The position numbers and the translations under genes were made by a program. This document shows, piece by piece, positions 13,025 to 25,240 of a DNA stretch of 64,000 nucleotides; the stretch's first letter is position 1; each line of letters begins with the position of its first letter. The DNA is from Lama guanicoe (lineage: Eukaryota). The notes under the pieces were generated by a model. That model worked only from the letters and a program-made list of their open reading frames with translations. It did no database searches and was not told where the DNA came from. The stretch covers positions 2,153,205 through 2,217,204 of the forward strand of contig MU053559.1 in NCBI GenBank assembly GCA_013239625.1, read 5' to 3'.

Positions 13025-13942
13025 AGGGGGGAGGGTATAGCTTAGTGGTAGAGTGTGTGCTTAGCATGAATGAGGTCCCGGCTTCAATCCCCAGTACCTC
13101 CATTAAAATAAATAAACCTCCAGGAACAACCATGTTGCTGCAAATGGCGTTATGTTGCCAGTTTTTATGGTTGAGTAGTATTCCATTGTATAAATATACC
13201 ACCACTTCTTAATCCAGTCATCTCTCGATGGACATTTAGGCTGTTTCCATGTCTTGGCTATTGTAAATAGTGCTGCTATGAACATTGGGGTGCAGGTGTC
13301 TTTTTGAAGTAGGGTTCCTTCTGGGTATATGCCCAGGAGTGGGATTCCTGGGTCATATGGTAAGTCTATTCCTAGTCTTTTGAGGAATCTCCATACTGTT
13401 TTCCACAGTGGCTGCACCAAACTGCATTCCCACCAGCAGTGTAGGAGGGTTGCCCTTTCTCCACAGCCTCTCCAGCATTTGTCATTTGTGGATTTTTGAA
13501 TGATGGCCATTCTGACTGGTGTGAGGTGTACCTCATTGTAGTTTTAATTTGCATTTCTCTGATAATTAATGATATTGAGCATTTTTTCATGTGCCTATTG
13601 ATCATTTGTATGTCTTCCTTGGAGAATTGCTTGTTTAGGTCTTCTGCCCATTTTTGGATTGGGTTGTTTGGTTGTTTCTTATTAAGTCGTATGAGCTGCT
13701 TATATATTCCAGATAACACCATTTTGTCGGTTTCATTTGCAAAAATTTTCTCCCATTCTGTAGGTTGTCTTTTTGTTTTACTTATGGTTTCCTTTGTATG
13801 AGATCGCTCATATGTAGAATCTAAAACAAACAAACAAAAACAAAAGACAAAAAAAAAGCCCAAACAAAGCATAAATACAAAACAGAAAATAAATAAATAA
13901 ATAAACCTAATTCCTCCACACCAAAAAAAAAAACCCCAAAAC
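13025..13942 (+). mobile_element. tRNA-Ala-derived SINE (Vic-1-like) interrupted by an L1
   Basis: Head GGGGAGGGTATAGCTTAGTGGTAGAG...CCCCAGTACCTCCA at ~13025-13102; tail resumes at 13909; outer TSD core CTCATCCT at 13017-13024 and 13943-13950. Confidence 0.9.
13120..13894 (+). mobile_element. L1 with 5' inversion nested in the SINE tail
   Basis: 13120-~13795 is antisense L1 ORF2 C-terminus ([22 protein letters not shown]) and ~13796-13894 is sense 3' UTR; perfect TSD AAATAAATAAACCT at 13106-13119 and 13895-13908. Confidence 0.9.
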
Positions 13943-14139
13943 CTCATCCTGAGATTTTTTTTGTTTCTAAACTTCTTGTCACAGAAAATAGAAAATCAAG
14001 GCAATTCTCCAGTTTATGCTATGATGTGAATGGCTTATGAAAGTGAGATCTGTTAGCCCTCCTAAGGATATTTGCATTTTTCAAAGTGGACACTAAAAAT
14101 GCAACCAAGAGATGGCTTCGGGTGATAGAGAGCCTTGTC

Positions 14140-14340
14140 ATGATAAAGTCCTGGTCTCAGATCTACTCCCCTCATCGGGGACTTCCGGCAAGTGACTTAT
14201 AGTCTCTCTCTTGCCAAACCTCAGATTCCTCATTGGTAAAAATGTAGATAATGATCTGAATCGTAAGACCGCTGTGAGGATTAAGTGAAACGATGTCGAT
14301 AAAAATGCTGGGCAATACATGAACTCTATGCAAATAGAAG
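14140..14340 (+). mobile_element. MIR SINE
   Basis: GGCAAGTGACTTA...CCTCAGATTCCTCATTGGTAAAAATG...GTGAGGATTAAGTGA. Confidence 0.75.
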
Positions 14341-14994
14341 GTAGTCTGTAACTCAAACCTTGAATCAATAAGGGTAGAATTCCAAGCACAATGATAAGTT
14401 CCTTCCTATTGTCGCTCCCTTTGTACTATAACGTGTTCTCGGCAGAAATCAGTCTTACTAAGGTAACAGGCGATGGGTAGAGGAAGCTGTTTATTGGATT
14501 TTTCTGAGTGTGAGCACCGAAATCATGACCACAATAGTAGAATGGGGTCAGCCCAGTCCAGGTGCATGTCTGTAACAATTCCTAGAGGCTTTCTTTAGCT
14601 CCGAACTTGATGAAGTTAACAAAGGAGTTAGTTTAGAAAGGAGCTGAGTCTTTAAAAAAAGCCATTAGAGAGAGCCTGGTAAATACGGTGCCTGCAGACA
14701 GGGATCAGGAAATTGCTGGCAAAAACCAGACCAACTAGGGTCACAAATTGTCCCCTTGGTATTTGATTCTTATTTATATTTCCTCATTATACCTACACCA
14801 TTGTAATAATCAAGAGCTAGACAAATATCAAAGTTGAGCGACACCTCTACTTCTGCCTCCTTCTCCCAACAGAAAAGTTCTTTATTCACTGGCCCAGCGG
14901 GATCAGGCCAAATCAGGGAAAGTACATCTGGGGACTTTTTCAGGGCCACCTTTAGCCATCCCCCTGACAGTCATCCTCACAGCACAGTCACTGC

Positions 14995-15543
14995 ATGCAA
15001 CCTAAGTGTTCATCAACAAATGACTGGATAAAGAAGTGGTTCTATATTTACACAGTGGAATACTACTCAGGCATAAAAAATAAAACAATGCCATTTGTAG
15101 TGACATGGATGGACCTGGAGATTGTCATTCTAAGTGAAGTAAGCCAGAAAGAGAAAGAAAAATACCATATGAGATCACTCGTATGTGGAATCTGAAAAAA
15201 GAAAAAGAAGATACTAATGAGTTCATCTACAAAATGGAAAAAGACTCACAGCAATAGTAGGCAAACGTGTGGTTACTGGGGAGAAAAGGGGTAGGGAAGG
15301 ATAAATTGGGAGTTCGAAATTTGCAAATATTAACTACAATATATAAAATAGATAAAAAAACAAATTTCTTCTGTATAGCACAGGCAACTATATTCAACAC
15401 CTTGTAGTAACCTACAATGAAAAAGAACATGAAAACGAATATATGTGTGTACATGTATGACTGAAACATTATGCTGTACATCAGAAATTGACACATTGTA
15501 AGTGACTATACTTCAATTTTAAGAAAAAGACTTTTAAAAAAAA
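14995..15543 (+). mobile_element. L1 3' end
   Basis: ORF2 C-terminal remnant QPKCSSTNDWIKK, 3' UTR, terminus GACTATACTTCAA plus A-rich tail; no TSD found. Confidence 0.9.
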
Positions 15544-15654
15544 TTTGCGAGCCTCTTTATGTAGCGAGTCTGATGAATCGCACATTTAGAAGTTGCTTTG
15601 GTTGAAATATATACAAGCTGAATGATGTGAAATGGGTCTATCATAAGCAATCTT

Positions 15655-15860
15655 AACTGTCCCCATAGGGCTTTCTGTTATGATGGAAATTTCTAGAGCC
15701 GTGCTGTCCAATGTGATAGCCACTAGCCCCATGTGGTTACCGAGCACTTGAAATGTGGCCAGGGTAACTAAAAAAAAACAAAAAACAAAAATCGAATTTT
15801 AATGTAATTTAATTTTAATTTCAATGTATATAACCACATGTGGCTGGTGGCTACCAGGAG
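15655..15860 (+). mobile_element. MER3-like hAT-Charlie DNA transposon
   Basis: TTTCTGTTATGATGGAAAT...GCTGTCCAAT...TAGCCACTAGCC...GAGCACTTGAAATGTGGC...CCACATGTGGCTGGTGGCTACC. Confidence 0.85.
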
Positions 15861-16119
15861 CATCAGTCTGGATTCTGGGGTTTGTAGGAGCCTCACCTTT
15901 TTACCTCTCTTATGATTTTCTTTTCTGGTTACGCCTTTGTGTCACTTTCTCTGTAGGCTTCCTCACATTCCCTTAACACCCTAAAATGATTGCACCTGCT
16001 GATACGAGATGTGAAATGAGCATAAAAATGCATTGTTCTGTGTACAATTGCAGCACATGTCTTTTTCCTGAGAACTCAACAAAGCTGCATTTAAAGGGAT
16101 TTATTACTCAACTAACACT

Positions 16120-16355
16120 AGGATAGCACTTACTATGTGCCAGGCACTAAATGCTTCATCAATAAGAACCTGAATGGGTTCATACTGAAATGATAAAGCA
16201 TTTAATTTTCATAACAATTCTGTTAGGTAGGTACTTTTGATACATTTTACAGATGAAGAAACTAAGGTGTAAAGAGGTCAATAACTTGCTCTCTGGGTCC
16301 TAGTTAGGAAGTGGCAAAGTCAAGATTCAAACGTAGAGAGTCTGGCTTCAGAGTC
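16120..16355 (-). mobile_element. MIR SINE
   Basis: CACTTACTATGTGCCAGGCACT...CATTTTACAGATGAAGAAACTAAGG...GATTCAAAC. Confidence 0.85.
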
Positions 16356-18549
16356 TAACCAGCATCGCCTGCCAAGCATCCAACTTTTCTAGATCAATCT
16401 CATTCACCTCAGCAATCATCACCATTGGAATTCCCACATCACTTCCTTCTGTATAGGTCACCTAACCTGGAGCAGAGGCTCTCTGCTACACCCTGTTGGT
16501 GCCAGGAGACAGAAACGAAGTGTGGGAGCATCACCCCCTCATGGAGATGAAGGTACCACGGGGTACGGAATGCCTAGCAAAGGATAAGTACAGACAGGAG
16601 AAAAACCTGAAATTGCCAGTCCCCGCCCCCATGCATATATCATACTGCTGGATGAAAAAAATACCTTAAACTCTACCTGACTTTCTCTCTCTTGGAAATA
16701 CACTTTAGCGTTCTGCATTGTATCATAAGAACACAGGATGACGTTACCTCTAAACTCTGCTCTGCAGCCCCAGTTTTCTTCTTTTTGCACGGTGTTGTTG
16801 GAATCTGTTCTAATAACCCAGACCTATTAAACTCAAGCCATGAAGATCCGGGGGCGCCCCCAGACTTAAGCTGCTCTCAAATGAAACCAGAACAATAATC
16901 ATGGCTAAGCCTCTGGAATCTGGGGCCTGTCAGGAGCCAATTTCTCCAAGCATAAAAGGGACAACAATGATTTGGATGGGGAAGCTTTACTCTGCCCCTG
17001 GCAGGCTCTGTATGGAACGATCTGCAGAATTATTGCTGGCTTTGACTGAAACCACAGATCAGGTATCCAAACGCTTACCTTTATGGAGTCGTTCAACTTC
17101 AGTGAGGAGATATGGAAAATCAAAGAATGTAATGGTTGGTTGGTTCTGAAATGAAAACCAGTTTCAACTAATGATCCTTTATTACCCAGTAACATGCATG
17201 AGAAAATGGACCATTTCCCTCCCCTTTTCTTCCATCATAGTGCTTTCCAAGGGCCATGCTCTAACTTCAACTTGCTTTTTTCTGTTTCCAGGGAAGATGG
17301 AGAGAAAAGAATTGAAAGAAGTATAGCTAACAGGTACTCAAGTGTGTGAAATATATTCTTCAGGAGGAGAAAACCTGTCATCTATAACATCGGACTGGAA
17401 ACAAACATTTAGCATTCCAAGCATCTCAAAATATCCCTATAGTGGTGGCTTTAAAAAAAATCAGGAGTGGAAATAATGCAGACATGTCCTACTAAAGCTG
17501 AAATATGGAGGGGAAAAAAAAGCCCTGTAAATAAAAAGTCAAAGTCTGAAACAGTGATTGTCTGATGGAAGTACAAATTGCATTTGACAAATCTGAATTA
17601 TTTGCGTTGCTATTTCAGCGAGAAAACACAGTGTTCCTTTTCCCTGCAACTAAGTCATGACAGAGATGCGGTGAGTAGTTCACTACTAGTTAATGCTTCC
17701 GCAGCGAGCCTGTGGGAAAATGAACCATAGCATGGCCCCGAAAAAGGCAAATATGACTTTAATGGATTGCAAACATTAGTGATGAGTGAAGGGAAAATTG
17801 GTATCCAGTTATGCTTGGTCCTATTCATTTCTGTTTTCACTGATGGTGACAAATATGTACTGGAGGATTTGGGGGAAAGCACTTCATTTCTTGAGAGCAT
17901 TAAATAAATATGCAATATTTAAAGGAGAATGTTTCATGCTTACAAGATTCCCTGTAGAAATTAAAAGTCACTCAGTTCATTAGCAGTTTGGAATTTTAGT
18001 CTGGTCTGGCAATAATGTAACGACAACATCAGAGGCCAAATTAACGCTTTCATCATGGCTTTTTGGATGGTAAATGTCAGCTTTTCAAAAGTGTATGATG
18101 TGCCCCAAGAAAGCTCTAGTCATCATTAACTGTGATATAGTGAACTACCGGGTTTTTTTTTTTTAAATCACAAATTGTCAAATGGTGCATTAGCAATGTA
18201 TCGATTGCAGTTACAGTGAAAATGACACCTTGACTTAAAATGAGGTGCGATTTCCTTTCCTTAAAAGATTGATTTGAATATGAAGAGAGCACACTGTTAA
18301 GTACCCTGGGTTTATATCCAGGCCTATGACTTGCCCGCTTAATATATGCCCACACAGTATTTTTAGCTGGCTTTTCTCTATTACTTGGGAACAATTATAT
18401 GCTTCTTATTATATAATATTTGTCTGATAGTATTGATTTGCATATGATTTAATATGCTGAAATCGTTAACTTTTAAATTATTATAAAGAGTACTAATATA
18501 ATCCTAGCAATTAAATAATATTTTGGTTTGATATGGCATATCTATCTAT

Positions 18550-19310
18550 CTATCTCCTGGAGCTCTCCATTTGGATTATGGATACCTTGAACTCAGAGTG
18601 TTCGAATTTGAACTCCTTCTCTTCTCTTCCGCCTCCTCTGTTCTCTATGTTGGTTGACGCCACCACCAATCATCCAGTTGCCCAAGCCAAGAACTGGGCG
18701 CGATCTTAGATTCCTCTCGGTCCCCTCACTGCCTCATCCACGTTCATCTCCAAGTGGGATCAATTCTACTTCCTTAATATCACTCAGCGGGGTCCTCTTC
18801 ATTCCATGTCAACTGACACTTGATTTCAAGCCAGCACCATCTCATGCCTAGATGCTTGCAAAAGCCTCTGAAATGGTCTCTGTGTCTCTGAGGTTGTTCC
18901 CACATCGCCTTTGAGTCCATCCAAGTTTCTCGTCATGGTCCACTAATTCATGACCTCCCCGCTTAACCTATTCGTTTCTTTTTCTCCCTCCTCTTCTCTC
19001 TTGCCAGAGACCCTGGATTGGTCCTCCTCCCTTCTCGTTCCCTCTTACTCCTCCTCCTCTTTCAGGGTCCTGCTAAAGTGAGTCCTCTTCCAGGAAGGCC
19101 CCCATTCTCTCCTTCCACCTTCCCAGGCTGGCTACCCCTCCTCTGCCCGCAGATGACACTTGTTATACTGTGCTGTATGTAAGTGGTGATTTACTTGCCT
19201 GACGCAGAGCCTTGAAAGAGCGGATCTTTCTCAAGTATGTATGTCAGGAGCCCAGCACATCTCTTATCATTCTAAGTGTGCAATAGATATTTGCTTAATG
19301 AACGAATGAA
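18550..19310 (+). mobile_element. L2 LINE fragment with 3' end
   Basis: CATCCAGTTGCCCAAGCCAAGAACTGGG...ATCTTAGATTCCTCTC; ends ATATTTGCTTAATGAACGAATGAA. Confidence 0.75.
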
Positions 19311-19679
19311 ATCCGATATACCTCATACAGACAGCAATACCAAAGCCCACTGCTATGCGCCCCCTCTGCATTAGAATGAATGAAAAATAGCCCAGGTCTT
19401 AGCTGTTTGTCCACAGGTGCCAAAAGGAAATTGAGGTTCATATACAGCTGCCAGTTAAGCCAAGGTAGATCAGAGCCCCCATCTCAACTCCCCGTCTCCG
19501 AGATAAGGGTGTCCATCTTCCTTCCTCTTCCACATAAGGTCCTTTGTTGCCTGCATCCTTTTTGCTCATCTTTCTCTAATTATAGGCTGCATTTGTGTTT
19601 ATGTAAACCCAATTTCACCCAAGTTGATTCATGGTGTTTTCAGAATAAATCGTAAGACAGAATCATAAAGAATCATAAA

Positions 19680-19810
19680 TAATAATAATATCTAACATTG
19701 GTTGAACACTTAACTGTGTGTCAAGCACTAGAGCAAACAATTTGCATGCATTATCTCATTTAGTTCTCATAACAATCCCTTTGAAATAATGTCCCTATTT
19801 TACAGTGCAG
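19680..19810 (-). mobile_element. MIR fragment
   Basis: CTAACATTGGTTGAACACTTAAC...ATCTCATTTAGTTCTCATAACAATCC...ATTTTACAG. Confidence 0.75.
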
Positions 19811-19824
19811 GAAAAAAAAATATA

Positions 19825-20047
19825 GTCGGGAGGGTGGTTGCCAGGGGCAGTGAGGGGATTAAGGAGCTGTTTACTGGACCTAGACTTTAAGCTTTGAAAG
19901 ATGAAAGGAGTTGTGAAGATTGGCTGCAAAACAATGTGAATGTACCTACCACTGCTGAACTGTACGCTTAAAGGCGGCTGAGAAGGTACATTTTCTGGTA
20001 TATGTATTTCAGCACATTAAAAAAATAAATATGAAAAATAAAAAAAG
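19825..20047 (+). mobile_element. L1MB-like 3' end
   Basis: GGTGGTTGCCAGGGGC...AATGTGAATGTAC...ACTGAACTGTACGCTTAAA-like motifs plus A-tail. Confidence 0.75.
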
Positions 20048-21281
20048 ACTGGAAGAATACAGCAAAAATGGAGGCAGTAGGTCTATTCAAAGAATACCAC
20101 TGAAACAGTAGATCTGTTTAGAGGGAGCATTTTATCTGTGTTTACAAACTTCCAGCAATAAACATAAAGAAAATAGTTGGGAGCAGGGTTGAAAGGTAAA
20201 TACTGTATGAAATACCCTATGGGACACACCAATGTGTGCATTTCTGGGACCATCTCGCCCTTTGTTCCCCTTTTCCGTTGTGCCCTCCACATCATTTTGT
20301 TCACAACCAGCCAGCCATCTGGGCTCACTGGCTTCCTAATGACCACTGGTCTAAAATATCCCAGAAGAAATTAAGGTTGTGATTATTTTAAGCAATGTGT
20401 AAACCCATTTTAACCACCCAGCTTATGTCACACCATCACGGCCAAGAGGTAAGGGCCACTATGATGGGTGTCTCTGTCCCTCTTTCCTCAGAGCCCTAAA
20501 ACTCTGTCCCCACCAAGCATCAAATGATACTGTTTGGTCAAACCAGGAATTTTTATTAAACAATGACTACACGTAAAACAGGAAACCAGAGTGTTTCCTG
20601 GGGCAAGCTCATGTTTGAGGAAGGAGGGGATTGTCCCTGCTTCCCTGGGTTCCCAATCAAGCCAGGGAGGAAGACCCCAAGCCATGGCTGTGAGAAGACT
20701 ACAGATTGCCCTGTGGGATGCTGGAGATGTTGCGCTGGATAGAAAAAGAAATTCCAGTAACTTTGTAGACCAGATTCAGCTCGTATTAGTGAGAGGTTCC
20801 TATGTCTGGCAGGTACTGGCCAGTTCAAGTTAGAGCTCGGGATTTCAGCTTTCGATGGGTATATACACATAAGGATCATTAGGTAATAAATATGCATAAA
20901 ATACATTTTTTTCTCAGTCTTGGTAAAGAGAGACTTTATTAAAGAATATCATTGCAATTTAGAGGGAAGTTTTGTACTAGGGAGAACATTCCTGACCATA
21001 AGTTCTGTTAGTATTGTCCGTCAAAGATATTTTAATATTCAATTTATTAGCATCACACACCATTCAAAGTTATCTAAAAATATTGTCAGTCCTTGCAACA
21101 GACCTAGGAGTATATTTAGGCACACAATTGGAGGGTTTGAGGTGTGGGAAGATAATGGAACATGTTCAAGTGTCCCTTTTAAGTAGTGGATCAAGTGATG
21201 GAATTGAAGTTTCTCTACTGAATAGAAAAACAGGGGCTCTGGCGATAGCCAGACTTGGTGGCACTAAGAATTGAAACAATG

Positions 21282-21905
21282 CAATTCCACTTCTAGGTAT
21301 ATATCCAAAAAACCCCCCAAAAACATTAATTTCAAAAATACACACGTGTCCCAATGTTCATAGCAGTATTATTTCCAGTTGCCAAGTTATGGAAGTAACC
21401 TAAGTGTCCATCAACAGACAAATGGGTAAAGAAGAAGTGGTATATACATATGGTGGAATATTACTCAGCCATAAAAAAGAATGAAAATTTTGCCATTTGC
21501 AGCAACATGGATGGACTTGGAGGGCATTATGCTAAGTGAAATAAGTCAGACAGAGAAAGATAAATACTGTGTGATATTGCTTATATGTGGAGTCTAAAAC
21601 ATAAACAAACTAGTGAATATAACGTAAAATAATCAGATTCACAGATTTAGAGAACAAACCAGTGGTTACCAGTGATGAGGGCTTAGGGGAGTAAAAGGTA
21701 CAAACTATCAGATATAAAATAAGCTACAAGGATATATTATACAATACAGGGAATATAGTCAATATTTTATAATAACTATAATTATCATATAATCTTTAAA
21801 AATTGTGAATCACTATTATATACACCTGTAACTTATGTAATGTTGTATAGCAACTGTATCCCAATTAAAAAATAAAATAAATAAAAATTAACTTAACTTA
21901 AAAAA
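21282..21905 (+). mobile_element. L1 3' end (older subfamily)
   Basis: CAATTCCACTTCTAGGTATATATCC start, L1 3' UTR, A-tail; TSD AATTGA(A/G)ACAATG at 21269-21281 and 21906-21918. Confidence 0.9.
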
Positions 21906-22559
21906 AATTGAGACAATGAAGCTGCAATCTCTTGCTCCAGATATCTGATATTCTATACCACTTTTCAGTAACTCAATTTTTGCAGGAGAGACTCAAATTT
22001 AAATATTCTGTCCCACTATCAGAATATGAATACTTGTTTTCATATAATTTTTAGCTTGCTAATACTATCATAATACCAACGGGCTTGTCAAAATATCTGG
22101 ACATATTCCACTGCAATAAATTATAGGTAGTTTTGGCTTTGCAAACTGGGCAAAGCAATCTTAACCTATGGGAAACATGACAGCTGTTCTGTGACTTTTA
22201 AAAATTGTCATCAGAAGCATTAAGATTTCTCTTACTGTTGGCTACAAATCTGTAGGAAAATTAAAAGTAGTAAAATTAATATCTATTTAGTACATTGCAA
22301 TTTAAAACATGAGACACATTGAGAATCGAAGTGGTTTTCGTTGTAAAAAACTTACCAAGTGTAGTTGGAGCCTTCTTGCCGCTTTATTCCCATCATATGA
22401 TGTTGGATCCAGAGCAAGCTCCTTCTCTATGCTTTGGCAAAGCCTCGTACTACTTTCTAAGTATGAATAGCTTCCAACATTTCATCCTTCACACTTCCAA
22501 TGTTGTAAAATATTTCTGAGAGTTCCTTTAATGTGAAGTTTTTGCCGGGGTCACTTCCT

Positions 22560-23120
22560 CTGGGACATCTTCGTGCTTTTCATCACAGCCACTTTCCTGA
22601 CTTATAAATGTGTTGAGTTCCCCTTCACTAAGTTCTTCTGACTGCACGTCTGGGGTGCCTTGAGGACAGGGTCGACATTCTCACAGTCAGCTATTTCTTC
22701 TATCACTCTGTTTGTGTTGGATTCAGATTTAACTTCCAGTATTGCCACTTTTCATTTCTTTGCCTCCCTTTCATCTTGCTTGGCCAATTTCCTCTTTTGA
22801 TTATCCATTTTTGGGAAATGTTGCATGGTTTTATCACTGAATAACAAGGAGGCAACACAAGTATATGTGTGAACTGAATAACAGATTCGCAGAAACCAGT
22901 CATCGGCAGATTTGAAAGAAGTGATGTGATTGGCGACTGGTTCTGATGCGCATCTGTTATTTACATAGTGATTTGTGGACCAAAGAGCTAGCAGCCAAGA
23001 TTGTCCTTTATGCAATTACTCAGTGTTAACAGAGCTGGTAACTGAAATTTGAATCATATTGTTGGGGGTCTGATGTTATTAACTGAACTGTGGTATCTGA
23101 AATTTTTGCATGTCAAAATC
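22560..23120 (-). mobile_element. Tigger (Tigger13a-like) TcMar DNA transposon remnant
   Basis: Minus strand reads MDNQKRKLAKQDEREAKK from the ATG at 22808, like a Tigger transposase N-terminus, preceded by the characteristic internal inverted repeat 22877-22961; boundaries approximate. Confidence 0.65.
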
Positions 23121-23769
23121 ATGCTAAGTACGGACTTCCTGTATAGCAAAGCCATGAGATTCCATAGCCACTGTCTTCAACCCTGAATAAATGAATTTCT
23201 TCAGGATTAACATCAGAGTTTAATTTACACAAGTAATGTGGCAACCATAAGGTGACCCAAGATGTATCTAGAACTCTTATACCATGCTCCTCTCGTCCCA
23301 TGGGAAGGGAAGATGGCTTGGGGTTGTGACCAAGGTCTTTACCTACCTGAGACTAAACACTTGTAAGGAAGAGGCAAATTCCAGACTCAAAGCCTGTTCC
23401 TGAAAGTATTGCAATAAAAGGATGCGCGCTCCCATGAGGCCAGTATCCGGTGGTATCTGTGACCTGCAGAAGACAGTTAGGGCTCAGCCACTGTCTCAAG
23501 TTTGAATCTTTTCTTGAAAGAGCTTCACAGCATCCCATTCATTGACTAAGGGGTCTTCCTGAACAGCTGCCCACCGAGGCTTTTGCTGAGAAAGGAACGG
23601 TACACATCGCTGGACAACAGAAGGATCTGGGACTAGTCCAAGTTACAGACAGACACTGCTGAGAGGAACTGTGCAAAAACCATCCAGGAGGGGCTGTTTT
23701 GGGGTTTCTTTGGCTACTATTTACTAACAGACATGATATTTTATGAACCTCATGCAGACAAACTTATTC

Positions 23770-24150
23770 TTTCATCCAACAAATAATTACTGAGTACCAA
23801 CTCTGGCCTATACTCTGAAAGGTCCTGGGATAAGATGGTCAAAGTGACAGACACGATCATTGAATTATGATCAAGCTTATCGAGATCTGAGTTATAAGAG
23901 AGACTGACATGGTAGCATGGCAATGCGAGGGGAGAGGGCTATTTGAAGAAAGCTTTCTCTTTTTTTGTATTTTTTGGTGGGGAGAGGTAATTAGGTTTAT
24001 TTATTTACTTATTTATTTTAATGGAGGTACTGGGGATTGAACCCAGGACTTCATGCATGCTAAGCATGCGCTCTACGGCTGAGCTTTACCCTCCACCCTG
24101 GGGAAAGCTTTCTTGAGGGAGTGACATTCCAGCTGAACTTTGAATGATAG
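23770..24150 (-). mobile_element. L2 3' fragment interrupted by a SINE
   Basis: TTCATCCAACAAATAATTACTGAGTACC start; GGAGTGACATTCCAGCTGAACTTTGAATGA after the SINE. Confidence 0.65.
23959..24102 (-). mobile_element. tRNA-Ala-derived SINE (Vic-1-like)
   Basis: GGAGGTACTGGGGATTGAACCCAGGAC...; perfect TSD GAAAGCTTTCT at 23948-23958 and 24103-24113. Confidence 0.93.
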
Positions 24151-24559
24151 GCTGGTTGGGTTTCCCAAAGGCCTGGCATGTCCCCCATATTTGGAAGATT
24201 TATGACATTTACATAGAAAATGATTCTTTTCCCAATTCCTTTCCCAGGCTAAAAGGAAACTCCTCTAAATTTTACAGATTTACATTATTTTTTTCCAAAG
24301 CACAAGTTTTCAAGCCAGCTTGGCCTGCTCCAGACCTCATTTAGGTGGCTACCCAGCACTTCTCTCCGTGCGAAGACCTGCCCTGACCTACCTGCCTTGG
24401 CCCATACGCCGACTCTCACCCCATACTCCCCATTTTCCCTACTCTGGCTTTGCTTTGCCCCACACGTTTGACATATACTGTTGACAACCTGGTTACAAAT
24501 TGGGCTCTTCTGAGCAGCTCCGGTTCTCCATGCCAGTGTCCAGCACCTACTCTGACTCT

Positions 24560-25015
24560 GCCTCCACCAGCATGGCTGCCCCTTGATCAACCATAGATGC
24601 CCTCACAAGACCCAGACAATTTTGTTAAACGCCTACCGTAGGAACTCCAGGATGTTTGAATCCTACTAAAATGCAAGGTCTAGAAAGGCAAAGCCAATGT
24701 CTCCCTCATCCCAAGCATACTCCTGGCACAGTCATCAGGAAATCATAAACATCTCAGCTTCCCATCCCCTTGGCAGGGGGCCTGGGCATAGCTCTGAGAG
24801 GTGGGCTGGACAGCCTCCCTGTGGTCCCCAGTGGAACCAAGCCCCAGTTGTCCACAGTGATAACCAACTTGATACTGCACCTTTTATTGGCGGCCTTCCC
24901 TTCCCTGTCTCACTTCCACATCCTTTGTTCGTGTTTCCTGGGATCATCTTCCAGATAAACGACTTGCATTCTCATCCTTGTCCCAAGATGGGCCTTAGGG
25001 AGAACACAAACTCAG
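24560..25015 (+). mobile_element. ERVL LTR (LTR16-like)
   Basis: AAGCCCCAGTTGTCCACAGTG...CCTTCCCTTCCCTGTCTCACTTC...CTGGGATCATCTTCCAGATAAACGACTTGCA; 5' boundary approximate. Confidence 0.7.
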
Positions 25016-25049
25016 TCAGCTGCCTAGAGAGAGTACCATCTTGTTGACA

Positions 25050-25240
25050 ATATGCTAAGCCTTTGACATGCCTCCTCTCAATTAATCTTCAAGACAACTT
25101 TAGTAGGTTTTTCTTTTCTTTTCCCGTGTCTTATGGAGAAGAAATTGAGTCTCTGAGAAGACGGTAACTGGCCCTAGATCATACAGTAAGTTAATGGCGA
25201 AGGCAGGATTCCAAACTAGACAGTCTGATGCTACAACTGC
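25050..25240 (-). mobile_element. MIR SINE
   Basis: GAAGAAATTGAGTCTCTGAGAAG...GGTAACTGGCCCTAGATCATACAG...GGATTCCAAACTAGACAGTCTG. Confidence 0.7.

Noticed and set aside
13103..13947. 135-aa and 191-aa minus-strand ORFs
   Set aside because: Frameshifted L1 ORF2 C-terminal remnants within a truncated, inverted insertion
17292..17333. Possible 42-nt exon (strong polypyrimidine acceptor, donor CAG|GTACTC)
   Set aside because: Weak donor and no supporting context; such sites arise by chance
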